Shown: positions 1-9,163 of the stretch, in pieces
How the letters are laid out: the number at the start of each line of letters is the position of its first letter
How positions within the stretch are numbered: position 1 is the first letter of the stretch
Origin: an uncultured delta proteobacterium
GTDB taxonomy: Bacteria > Myxococcota_A > Polyangia > Polyangiales > Polyangiaceae
Assembly (NCBI GenBank): GCA_963782055.1
Contig: CAWAIF010000003.1
Coordinates: forward strand, 5,472,001-5,536,000
DNA length: 64,000 bases
Reading direction: 5' to 3'
Made by a program: the position numbers and the translations under genes
The notes under the pieces: model-generated
What the model saw: the letters and a program-made list of their open reading frames with translations, nothing else
What the model was told of the DNA's origin: nothing
Databases searched by the model: none

Positions 1-469
1 GCAACACCAGCGGGATGCTCGAGCCGACCGGCACGTCCTTCAGGGTGAAGCTGCCGTCCGCCTTCGTGGTCGTGGAGACGACGGGGTTGCCGGAGGCGGG
101 CGCCTGGCACGCGGTGCACGTCACGCCCTGCGCGAAGGGCTGCAGCGGGGCGTTGGGGACGTAGACGTAGACGTTGTAGAGCGGGTTGACGCCCGCGGGA
201 TCGTAGACCTTGCCGCTGATGCTCGTCGTCGCGCCGCCGCCGCAGGTGACCTGCTGGCACTCCAGGTTGACGCACGGGTGCGCGCCGTCGGTGTCGGCGT
301 CGCCGAGGTCGATGACCGGATCGCCGTCGTTCTGCCCGACCGCGCCGTCGTCGGTGCCGGCGCCGGCGTCGCCGAAGCGGTTGTCTGTGGGGCCTCCGCA
401 GGCGGAGAACACCATGGCCGCGGCGAAGGCGGTGACGCTCAAGACAGTGATCGGAGTAAGCAACCGCAT
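1..469 (-). CDS. Secreted lipoprotein with carboxypeptidase-regulatory-like domain (runs off the window edge)
   Basis: Manual minus-strand translation MRLLTPITVLSVTAFAAAMVFSAC-GG...TTSISGKVYDPAGVNPLYNVYVYVP; lipobox; AGGAG RBS upstream; absent from ORF track because it has no stop in the window. Confidence 0.75.
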   Translation of the reverse strand, partial: MRLLTPITVLSVTAFAAAMVFSACGGPTDNRFGDAGAGTDDGAVGQNDGDPVIDLGDADTDGAHPCVNLECQQVTCGGGATTSISGKVYDPAGVNPLYNVYVYVPNAPLQPFAQGVTCTACQAPASGNPVVSTTTKADGSFTLKDVPVGSSIPLVL

Positions 470-632
470 GAAGAGGCTCCTTGAAAGGACGGGCGCACGC
501 TGGTCGGTCGCTCCACCGAACGCGGGGGGGAGCGGTCCGCCAGCCGGGTTGATCTTGGAGGATCGGCGTGCGGTTGCAAGAGAATTGAGGTCGTTGACGC
601 GCTGAGCCAGCCCTGTTTCCGGGACGGGCAGG

Positions 633-705
633 CGCCCCCGAGACGATTCGAACGTCCGACCAACGGTTTAGGAAACCGCTGCTCTATCCTCTGAGCTACG
701 GGGGC
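633..705 (-). tRNA. tRNA-Arg(CCT), canonical; CCA not encoded
   Basis: GCCCCCG/CGGGGGC acceptor, GCTC/GAGC D-stem with GGA, anticodon loop TT-CCT-AA, T-loop TTCGAAT, G73. Confidence 0.97.
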
Positions 706-865
706 CGAAAAGGGCGCGGAGCATGCCACAGGGGCGCCTGGCGGCCAACCTGGACGGACGCCCGGCGCTTGCGCGACTGACCGGCGCCGGCCGCGGGGTG
801 CCGCGCCGGCCTGCGTGATATCACCAGTGCGCACCCGGCTGGCGGGCTGCGGAATCGAAGGCTGC

Positions 866-2080
866 GTGAAGGGCTTGCTCCGTCGTCCCCTCTTCTGGAT
901 CGCGCTGGCGCTCCTCGGCGTGGCCGCAGCGGTGCTCGTCGTCCGCTCCCGCGGGCCGCGCGTGGAGGTGGTCGCCATCATGTGTCGGGACATCGAGCAG
1001 CACGTGGTGGCGAGCGGGCGGGTGATGCCACCGGCGCGCATCAGCGTGGCGTCCAACGTGGCCGGGCTCGTCGTGGCGGTCGGCGCGGTGGAGGGGGAGC
1101 ACGTCAAGGAAGGCGCGCTGCTGGTGCAGATCGACGACGCCGAGGAGCGCGCGCAGGTGGCGCAGGCGAAGGCCGCCGTGGCGCAGGCGAGCGCGAGGGT
1201 GGACCAGCTGCGGCGGGTCGGGGCCATCGTGGCCAACCAGAGCCTCAGCCAGGCGCAGACGAACCTGGACAAGGCGACGCTGGACTACGAGCGCGCAAAG
1301 GGCCTCGTGAAGGCCGGCGCCATCCCGCAGACCGAGCTCGAGCAGGCGCGCCAGGGGCTCGACGTCGCGCGCGCCCAGAAGAACTCGGCGGAGGCGCAGC
1401 AGCTCGCGGCCACGCCGATGGGCGCGGACTCGCGCGTGGCGCTGAGCGCGCTGATGCAGGCGCGGGCGCAGCAGCGCGGGGCGGAGGTGCGGCTGGCGGA
1501 GACCCGCCTCACCGCCGCGCACGACGGGGTGGTGCTGACGCGCGCGGTGGAGGTGGGCGACAACGTCCAGCCGGGGCGCGCGCTGATGACCATGGCGGCG
1601 GACGGCGACGTGGAGCTCGTCTTCCAGCCGGACGAGCGCAACCTGGCGACCATCGCGCTGGGGGAGAAGGGTCGCGCGTCGGCCGACGCCTTCCCGCGCG
1701 ACGCGTTCGACGCCCAGGTGAGCTACATCGCGCCGTCGATCGACCCGCAGCGGGGCACGGTGGAGGTGCGCCTGCGCGTCCCCTCCCCGCCCGCGTACCT
1801 GAAGCCGGACATGACGGTGTCCATCGACCTGACGGTGGCGTCGAGGAAGCAGGCGCTGGTGATCCCGTCGACCGCGGTGCACGGGATGGCCACGCCCGCC
1901 CCGTGGGCGCTGGCGGTGGAGGGCGGCCGCGCGGTGCGCAAGGACCTGAAGCTGGGGCTCACCGGCGACGGCGACGTGGAGGTCGTGGGCGGCCTCGCGG
2001 AGGGCGCCCAGGTGATCGTGCCCGACGGACAGAGCGTGCGGCCGGGCGAGCGCGTGCGCGCCGTCCCGGGAGGGGGGTGA
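866..2080 (+). CDS. Periplasmic adaptor (MacA/HlyD-like membrane fusion protein) of an ABC exporter
   Basis: N-terminal TM, lipoyl-like 'VKEGALLVQID', coiled coil, 'LKPDMTV'; GTG start estimated within ORF 815..2080. Confidence 0.9.
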   Translation: MKGLLRRPLFWIALALLGVAAAVLVVRSRGPRVEVVAIMCRDIEQHVVASGRVMPPARISVASNVAGLVVAVGAVEGEHVKEGALLVQIDDAEERAQVAQAKAAVAQASARVDQLRRVGAIVANQSLSQAQTNLDKATLDYERAKGLVKAGAIPQTELEQARQGLDVARAQKNSAEAQQLAATPMGADSRVALSALMQARAQQRGAEVRLAETRLTAAHDGVVLTRAVEVGDNVQPGRALMTMAADGDVELVFQPDERNLATIALGEKGRASADAFPRDAFDAQVSYIAPSIDPQRGTVEVRLRVPSPPAYLKPDMTVSIDLTVASRKQALVIPSTAVHGMATPAPWALAVEGGRAVRKDLKLGLTGDGDVEVVGGLAEGAQVIVPDGQSVRPGERVRAVPGGG

Positions 2081-2083
2081 GCC

Positions 2084-3290
2084 GTGCCCTTCGAGTGGTT
2101 CGTCGCGCTGCGCTACATGCGCGAGGCGAAGGCGCAGACCGTGCTCATCCTCTCGGCGGTCGCGGTGGGGGTGAGCGTGATCGTCTTCCTCTCTGCGCTC
2201 ATCAACGGCCTGCAAACGAGCCTCGTCGCGAAGACGCTCGGGTCGCAGCCGCACGTCACCCTGCGCCCGCCCGAGGAGGTGCCGCGCCCGCTCGATGACG
2301 GCAAGGTCGCCGTCGCGCGCACGGTGGAGAAGGCGTCGCAGCGCCTCAAGTCGATCGACGAGTGGCCCAAGGTCGTGGCCAAGGTGGAGGCCATCCCCGG
2401 CGTGGTGGCGGTCTCGCCGGCGGTGACCGGCGCGGGCTTCGCCGAGCGAGGCAACGCCAGGCGCGCCGTCGTGGTGCGCGGCGTGGACCCCGAGCGCTTC
2501 CTGCAGGTCATCGACGTGAAGGCGAAGACGACCTCCGGACGCTTCGACGTCTCCGGCGCCAACGTGGTCATCGGCTCGCAGCTGGCGGACGACCTGGGCG
2601 TCGCCGTCGGCGACAAGATCCGCCTCACGACCACCGAGGGCCATGAGGAGGTGGTGCCCATCGCCGGGATCTTCGAGCTGGGCAACAAGGGCGTCGACCA
2701 GACGTGGGTGCTCACCTCCCTGCGGCAGGCGCAGTCGCTCTACGCCCTCCCCGGTGGCGCGACCACGCTGGAGGTCAAGGTGGCCCAGGTGTTCGACGCG
2801 GAGAGGATCGCCGGGGAGATCCACGACCGCACGGGCCTGCAGTCCGACAGCTGGATGAAGGTCAATGCTCAGCTTCTGGTCGGGCTGCGATCGCAGAACA
2901 GCTCCAAGTACATGATCGAGTTCTTCGTGGTCCTCGCGGTGGCGCTCGGCATCGCGAGCGTGCTCATCGTCTCGGTGGTGCAGAAGTCGAAGGAGATCGG
3001 CATCCTGCGCGCGTGCGGCACGCCGGCGCGGCGCGTGCTCTCGGTGTTCCTCATCCAGGGCGGCCTGCTCGGCCTCTGCGGCTCGTTCGTGGGCTGCGGC
3101 CTGGGCGCCCTCTTCGCGCTCTTCTTCGAGCGGCTGGCGAGCAACCCCGACGGCACGCCGCAGTTCCCGGTGGACCTCGCGCCGAGCCTCTTCGCCGGGG
3201 CCACTGCCCTCGCCGTGGGGGTCGGGCTGGTGGCCGCGGTCCTGCCCGCGCGGCGCGCGGCGCGCCTCGACCCGGCGACGGCGATCCGCA

Positions 3291-3298
<8 letters not shown>
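2084..3298 (+). CDS. ABC transporter permease, MacB/LolC-E/FtsX family
   Basis: 'FEWFVALRY', large periplasmic loop, '[10 protein letters not shown]', C-terminal '[15 protein letters not shown]'. Confidence 0.92.
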
Positions 3299-3989
<691 letters not shown>

Positions 3990-4005
3990 CCGCCCCGCGG
4001 CACCG

Positions 4006-5562
4006 GTGATACCCTCCCCGTCCGCCTTGAGCGCCCTGCCCAACTTCGCCGCCGCCATCCAGCAGGACCTGCGCAACGGCGAGGTCGCCGGCGTCGCCAT
4101 CGCGATCGTGCTGGTCGGCGTGCTCTGGCTGCTGCTGCCCCAGCGCGGCAAGCGGCTCGCGCGGCAGCCGGTGGTGATGCTCGTCCTGCACCTGGTGGCG
4201 CACACGCTCATGCGCGTGGTGGTCACCTCGGAGGGCACGCTGCGCGTCGGCGTGAGCATCTCTGCGGTGGTGTTCCTGCTCGCGTCGATCGGCCGCAGCG
4301 CGGTGCTGCTCGTCCTCGACGTGGGGCTGGGGCGCAGGCTCACCAAGCCGCTGCCCAAGATCATCCGCGATCTGGTGCAGGGCGTCGTCTACGTCTTCGT
4401 CGCGCTCGCCTCGCTGCGCGCCGCGGGCATCGAGCCGGGGTCCATCCTGACGACGTCCGCCGTGCTCACCGCGGTCATCGGCCTGTCTCTCCAGGACACG
4501 ATGGGCAACCTCTTCGCCGGACTCGCGCTGCAGATGCAGACGCCCTTCGTCGTCGGCGACTGGATCCAGTACGACGACGTGGCGTCCCACCTGGGCAAGG
4601 TCATCGAGGTCAACTGGCGCGCCACCAAGGTGGTCACGCTGGACGACGTGGAGATCGTCGTCCCCAACGGCGTGCTGGCGAAGGCGCCGATCATCAACTA
4701 CTCGCGGCCGGGCGGGCCGGTGGCGCGATCGGTGGTGGTGAGCGTGCTGCTGTCCATCCCGCCGAAGAAGGTGCAGCGGGTGCTGCTGGACGCCATGCGC
4801 GACATCGACGGCGTGCTTTCGGACCCTCCGCCCACGGTCTTCACCAGCAACTTCAACGACTGCGGCACCGAGCTGAAGGTGCGCTTCTGGACCGACCAGT
4901 TCCACCGGCGCTTCGCCATCGACGGCGAGGTGCTGGATCGCATCTGGTACGCGCTGGAACGAGCCGGCACGCCCATGGCCTGGCCCACGCGCGAGCACTA
5001 CGTCCACCAGGTGACGGAGGAGACGGAGGCGCGCGCGGCGAAGGAGCGCGCGTCGAGCCACCTGGAGGCCATGCGCAGCGTCGACTTCCTCGCCGCGCTG
5101 CCGGAGGAGGAGGTCACCCGGCTCGCCGGCTACGCGCGCTCGCACCTGTACGCCCGCGGCGAGGGCATCGTGCGGCGGGGCGACAAGACCAACGAGCTCT
5201 TCGTCGTGCGCGACGGCGAGGTGAAGGTGATGGTGCCCGCGGGCAGGGGCGGGGCCCTGACCGAGGTGGCGCGCCTGGGGCCCGGGAAGTTCTTCGGCGA
5301 GATGGCGCTGATGACCGGCGAGCCGCGCAACGCCGACGTGGTCGCGGCGACGGACACCGAGCTGATCGCCATCGGCTTCGAGGCCTTCCACGCGACGCTG
5401 AAGGCGCACCCCGAGCTCGCCGACAGGGTGAGCCGCGTGCTCGCCGAGCGACAGGCCAAGCTGTCCGAGCACGTCGCGCGCAACTCGGAGGAGACGAAGA
5501 AGCAGATCGAGGAGACGCAGTCGCAGCTCCTCGGCAAGATCCGCCACTTCTTCTCGCTGTGA
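4006..5562 (+). CDS. MscS-family mechanosensitive channel with C-terminal cNMP-binding domain
   Basis: '[16 protein letters not shown]', 'VGDWI', 'WRATKV', then '[19 protein letters not shown]'. Confidence 0.9.
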   Translation: MIPSPSALSALPNFAAAIQQDLRNGEVAGVAIAIVLVGVLWLLLPQRGKRLARQPVVMLVLHLVAHTLMRVVVTSEGTLRVGVSISAVVFLLASIGRSAVLLVLDVGLGRRLTKPLPKIIRDLVQGVVYVFVALASLRAAGIEPGSILTTSAVLTAVIGLSLQDTMGNLFAGLALQMQTPFVVGDWIQYDDVASHLGKVIEVNWRATKVVTLDDVEIVVPNGVLAKAPIINYSRPGGPVARSVVVSVLLSIPPKKVQRVLLDAMRDIDGVLSDPPPTVFTSNFNDCGTELKVRFWTDQFHRRFAIDGEVLDRIWYALERAGTPMAWPTREHYVHQVTEETEARAAKERASSHLEAMRSVDFLAALPEEEVTRLAGYARSHLYARGEGIVRRGDKTNELFVVRDGEVKVMVPAGRGGALTEVARLGPGKFFGEMALMTGEPRNADVVAATDTELIAIGFEAFHATLKAHPELADRVSRVLAERQAKLSEHVARNSEETKKQIEETQSQLLGKIRHFFSL

Positions 5563-6255
5563 TCAGGCGAAGGCGCGCGCCAGCCCGAACGCCGCCACCG
5601 CCGCGAGTCCGCCGATGAGCAGCGTCTGCAGCGCGCCGCGCCACGAGGGGACGTCGGTGAAGCGCGCCTTGACGGCCCCGAAGACGAGCAGCGCCACGGC
5701 GGTGAGGGCGGTGGAGAAGAGCAGGCCTCGCCGCGCCTCCGGGACGAGGAAGTAGGGGAGCAGCGGCAGCGCGGCGCCCGCGGCGTAGGACCCGCCGATG
5801 GTGAGCGCGCTCCACACCGCCCGCTTCGGGTCCGGCGCCTCCAGCCCGAGCTCGAAGCGCATCATGAAGGCGACCCACTTCTCCGGGGAGCGCGTGAGCG
5901 CCTCGACGACGGGCCGGCTCTCCTCGCTGCTCAGGCCCAGGTCGGCGAGGACGGCGCGCACCTCCTCCTCCTCCAGGTGCGGGACCATCTGCACCTCGCG
6001 CTGCTCGCGCGCGTGCTCGGCGGCGTAGTGCTCGGCGTCGCCGCGCGCGGCGAGGAACCCACCGAGGCCCATGGCGATGGCGCCCGCCGCGACCTCGGCG
6101 AGCCCCGCGGTGACCACGATGTGCGAGGACGCGACCGCGCCGGAGAGGCCGGCGGCGAGCGCGAAGGGCACGGTGAGGCCGTCGGACATGCCGATGACGA
6201 CGTCGCGGACGGTGTCGCCGCCGGAGAAGTGCCGCTCGACGTGCGTCTTGGACAT
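5563..6255 (-). CDS. VIT1/CCC1 family iron/manganese transporter
   Basis: 'RDVVIGMSDGLTVPFALAAGL', 'MMRFELGL'; start set at MSKTH. Confidence 0.93.
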   Translation of the reverse strand: MSKTHVERHFSGGDTVRDVVIGMSDGLTVPFALAAGLSGAVASSHIVVTAGLAEVAAGAIAMGLGGFLAARGDAEHYAAEHAREQREVQMVPHLEEEEVRAVLADLGLSSEESRPVVEALTRSPEKWVAFMMRFELGLEAPDPKRAVWSALTIGGSYAAGAALPLLPYFLVPEARRGLLFSTALTAVALLVFGAVKARFTDVPSWRGALQTLLIGGLAAVAAFGLARAFA

Positions 6256-6289
6256 GCGGGCGATGCTAGCCGCCCGCGGTGCCGCGCGC

Positions 6290-6991
6290 CTACGGCAGGT
6301 AGCAGACGGTGGCGACGAGCTGCGTGGCGTCCAGGCTCCCGCCGGCGCCGCCCCAGCCGACGACGAAATCCACGGTGTCCCCCACGTCCACCGGCTCCGT
6401 GAGGCCGAAGGCCGCGTCGCCGCCGGAGGCGTCGCCCAGGTTGATCTCACCGTCGAAGAGCGAGCCGGCGCCGTGGAGGACGTGCACGTCCACGGTCGTC
6501 GGCGGCTTGATGGAGAGGCCGACGAAGCGCCCGCCGAGCGCGATGGTCCGCTTGACGGGTGAGGTCCACCGTACGACGGCGGACTCCCCTTCGAGCCCCG
6601 GCATCAGGACGACCGCGCCCGCCGGCACGTCGGCCGTCTGGAACCAGGTCACGGTCTGCGAGGTCGGGTTGAAGCCCACCGCCGGCTGCGCCCCGCCCGT
6701 CAGGGAGGTCACCCACAGGTCGGCCGGACCGAAGGCCTGCTCGTTCGGGAGCGGGCTGAAGATCCCGGGCTCGAACTCGTAGCCGTAGCTCCACGGGCCC
6801 GTCGGGTTGTCGGTGAGGGAGAAGTCGACGGCGACGTCGTCGCAGTGCGGCGTCGGGCCGGCCTCGGGCACGCCGGCGTCGAAGAGGAAGGAGGCGTCGG
6901 GCACGGCGGGCTGCGGCCGCGGAGGCAGGTCGATGCGGGTGCACGCCGCGACCGCGGGCGACACCAGGACGAGGAAGACGAGCCGGCGCAC
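6290..6991 (-). CDS. Hypothetical lipoprotein
   Basis: Lipobox 'AVAAC', DAG linker, GC3-biased codons; GTG start inferred. Confidence 0.7.
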   Translation of the reverse strand: MRRLVFLVLVSPAVAACTRIDLPPRPQPAVPDASFLFDAGVPEAGPTPHCDDVAVDFSLTDNPTGPWSYGYEFEPGIFSPLPNEQAFGPADLWVTSLTGGAQPAVGFNPTSQTVTWFQTADVPAGAVVLMPGLEGESAVVRWTSPVKRTIALGGRFVGLSIKPPTTVDVHVLHGAGSLFDGEINLGDASGGDAAFGLTEPVDVGDTVDFVVGWGGAGGSLDATQLVATVCYLP

Positions 6992-7016
6992 GATGGGCTC
7001 ATCATAGCGCTCTTTG

Positions 7017-7100
7017 CGGAAGGAAGAGGACTCGCACCCCACGCGGAGACCGCGCGCGCTGTTTTCGAGACAGGCCCGACGCTTGGTCGGTTTTCCTTCC
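7017..7100 (-). tRNA. Non-canonical 8/4-fold tRNA-Ser(CGA)
   Basis: GGAAGGAA/TTCCTTCC 8-bp acceptor; CCGAC/GTCGG D-stem with 5-nt loop; anticodon loop CT-CGA-AA (one C.C mismatch atop the stem); long variable arm CGCGG-TCT-CCGCG; 4-bp T-stem GGGG/CCTC with loop TGCGAGT; G73. Confidence 0.8.
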
Positions 7101-7102
7101 AG

Positions 7103-7128
7103 TCTCGCGCCGGATGCCCGGCGCGAGA
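7103..7128. other. Perfect 11-bp hairpin between the HNH stop and tRNA-Ser
   Basis: TCTCGCGCCGG-ATGC-CCGGCGCGAGA; no U-tract. Confidence 0.6.
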
Positions 7129-7139
7129 TCCCGCCTTGT

Positions 7140-7643
7140 TCACGCGCAGAACACCTGCCACGGGGCGGGGACGGTGGCGGGGTCGACCTGCAGCGCCGTC
7201 GTCGCCGGCAGCCACGAGGGCTTCACCGGCTTGGAGAGCAGGCGCATGTGCGCCTCCTCCGGCGTGCGGCCGCCCTTCCTGTCGTTGCAGGCGCGGCACG
7301 CGGTCACGATGTTCGTCCAGTCCGTCGGGCCTCCGCGGGCGCGGGGCACGACGTGGTCGTAGGTGAGCTCGCGCATCGCCCGGCGGGCGCCGCAGTACTG
7401 GCAGCGGAAGGCGTCGCGGGTGAAGACGTTCAGCCGCGAGAAGCGGACCGTCCGCCGCACCGGCACGTGGCCGCGCGTCAGCCGCACCACCGCGGGCGCC
7501 CGCACCGCGAGCGCCTGCGAGCGGATGATCTCGTCGTACTCGGCGACGACCTCGACCTTGCCGAGGAAGCTGAGCACGATCGCGCGCTGCCAGGGGATGA
7601 CCCTGTGCGGCGCCATCGCCGGCGTGAGCATGAGTGTCCGCAT
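7140..7643 (-). CDS. HNH endonuclease (McrA-like stand-alone family)
   Basis: 'WQRAI', 'FSRLNVFTRDAFRCQYCG', 'LTYDHVVPRARGG', 'NIVTACRACNDRKG'. Confidence 0.95.
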   Translation of the reverse strand: MRTLMLTPAMAPHRVIPWQRAIVLSFLGKVEVVAEYDEIIRSQALAVRAPAVVRLTRGHVPVRRTVRFSRLNVFTRDAFRCQYCGARRAMRELTYDHVVPRARGGPTDWTNIVTACRACNDRKGGRTPEEAHMRLLSKPVKPSWLPATTALQVDPATVPAPWQVFCA

Positions 7644-7734
7644 GACCGTTACCTTCGTCTCTTCCTCTTCACGAGGCTGCTGACGCGCGGCGCGGCTCGA
7701 GCCGGACGATGCCACCCGTCCGGGGTGGCGTCGG

Positions 7735-7806
7735 CGCCTCCGCCAAGAGTCGAACTTGGCCACCGAGCTTCGGAGGCTCGAGCCTGGATTCCGCCAGGAC
7801 GGAGGC
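7735..7806 (-). tRNA. Atypical tRNA-Arg(CCG)
   Basis: GCCTCCG/CGGAGGC acceptor; 1-nt linker; 5-bp D-stem CCTGG/CCAGG with loop CGGAAT; 6-bp anticodon stem, loop CT-CCG-AA; 3-nt variable loop; CCAAG-TTCGACT-CTTGG; G73. Confidence 0.8.
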
Positions 7807-7808
7807 CT

Positions 7809-7873
7809 GCGTCCACGGGTCCACGCGCCCTTCGGGTCGTGGGCCGGCCTTCGGCCGGACCTCGTGTGGACGC
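7809..7873 (-). ncRNA. Putative multibranch structured RNA or leader directly 5' of the atypical tRNA-Arg
   Basis: Outer stem GCGTCCAC/GTGGACGC enclosing hairpins CCGGCC-GAA-GGCCGG and CCACG..CCC-GAA-GGG..CGTGG. Confidence 0.45.
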
Positions 7874-7877
7874 CATC

Positions 7878-7896
7878 GGCGACGCCGTCCTGACGC
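7878..7896 (-). promoter_or_regulatory. Candidate operator/promoter motif GCGTCAGGACGGCGTCGCC
   Basis: 17/19 identical to 15900..15918, which also precedes an irregular tRNA. Confidence 0.6.
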
Positions 7897-7947
7897 CGGT
7901 GTTGCCTGCGAGAGACGCGAGGCGTGGGCTGCCGGTAGAGTGATCCC

Positions 7948-9117
7948 ATGCGGTTGGTGCGAAGGGGCCTCGTCGCGACCGGCGTTCTGGTCGCCGCTGG
8001 CGCGGCGGCGTGCTCGGTGCTCACGCCGCTGGACGACCTCACGCAGGGCTACGACGCTGGCGCCGACTCGCCCGCGGCGCCGCGCTGCGAGGGCGGCCTC
8101 GCCGCGTGCAACGGCGCGTGCGTCGACCTGTCCTCTGACGGCCGCAACTGCGGGCGCTGCGGCCACGACTGCGTCGGTGGAGGGTGCTCGGCGTCGGCGT
8201 GCCTGCCCCTGACAATCGCCACCGGCCAGCACTCGCCCTTCGGCATCGCGGTGGACGCGACGCGCGTGTACTGGGCGAACAACGACTACAAGGCCTCCTT
8301 CGCGAGCTGTCCCATCACGGGGTGCGCGGACGGCGGAGTCACCACGCTCCTCGACAACCAGGATCTCCCGGCCGACGTCTTCGTATCTGGCGGCAAGCTC
8401 TACATGACCGACTACGGTGTCAGCGGCGACGCGGGCGGACCGGGGCTGGTGCTCTCCTGCGATCCCACCAACTGCGCGGCCACGCTGGCCACGATCACCT
8501 CCACGACGCCCGACAACCCCGTGGCCGTCGTGGCGGACAAGAGCTCGGTGTTCTGGACCAACGCCAAGGACGGGACCATCGGCACGTGCAGCGCGATCGG
8601 GTGCGTCTCGCCCGGCACCTTCGCGAAGGACAAGGGCGGTGGGCCGTGGTACGGCCTCGCGATCGCGGGCAACGGCGTGTACTGGACGAGCGACGTGCCC
8701 GACGCCGGCGCGGTGAACCGCTGCGACGTCGGCGGGTGCGCCGCGCCGACGCTCGTCTCGAGCAGCCCCGGCCGCCCGTTCGACCTCGCCGTCTTCGGGG
8801 ACTCGGTCTACTGGACCACCGGCGCCGGCGGCCAGGTCCTTCGCTGTCCGCTCGCCGGCTGCAGCACGCCCCAGATCTTCGCCGACAACCAGGCGGCGCC
8901 GGCGGGCATCGCCGCCGACGCCTCCGGCGTCTACTGGTTGAACCAGGCTTCCGGCACCGTGCTGCGCTGCGACCTGCAGGGCTGCGGCGCGAACGGGCCG
9001 GCGGTGCTCGCGGGCGGTCAGGGCGCGCCATGGGAGATCGTGCTCGACGCCACCAGCCTCTACTGGGGAGACTCCGCGAGCGCGGACGGGCGCGTCATGC
9101 GCCTCGCGAAGCCGTGA
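7948..9117 (+). CDS. Secreted lipoprotein with Cys-rich linker and YW-repeat beta-propeller
   Basis: Lipobox 'AAAC', 'NCGRCGHDC', repeated 'VYW/VFW/LYW' blades. Confidence 0.8.
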   Translation: MRLVRRGLVATGVLVAAGAAACSVLTPLDDLTQGYDAGADSPAAPRCEGGLAACNGACVDLSSDGRNCGRCGHDCVGGGCSASACLPLTIATGQHSPFGIAVDATRVYWANNDYKASFASCPITGCADGGVTTLLDNQDLPADVFVSGGKLYMTDYGVSGDAGGPGLVLSCDPTNCAATLATITSTTPDNPVAVVADKSSVFWTNAKDGTIGTCSAIGCVSPGTFAKDKGGGPWYGLAIAGNGVYWTSDVPDAGAVNRCDVGGCAAPTLVSSSPGRPFDLAVFGDSVYWTTGAGGQVLRCPLAGCSTPQIFADNQAAPAGIAADASGVYWLNQASGTVLRCDLQGCGANGPAVLAGGQGAPWEIVLDATSLYWGDSASADGRVMRLAKP

Positions 9118-9163
9118 CCGGCCACGATTGACCCGCCCGCCCGCGGGGTCCGATAGTCAGAGG

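Noticed and set aside
470..705. tRNA-Arg(CCT) as the attachment site of an integrated element
   Set aside because: No integrase, and I saw no duplicated tRNA 3' end in the window.
821..2824. Many long overlapping ORFs in the track (e.g. 821..2824-, 13389..15842-, 47632..50667+)
   Set aside because: Shadow frames of real genes in high-GC DNA; Arg/Pro/Gly-rich with no motifs.
7140..7873. HNH plus upstream RNA as an IscB/HEARO (OMEGA) system
   Set aside because: The protein is only 167 aa, with no PLMP or RuvC motifs; the adjacent RNAs fold as tRNAs.
7809..7873. Multibranch RNA as a Y RNA
   Set aside because: It contains GGUCCG but lacks the bulged-C helix geometry, and there is no Ro60 gene in the window.
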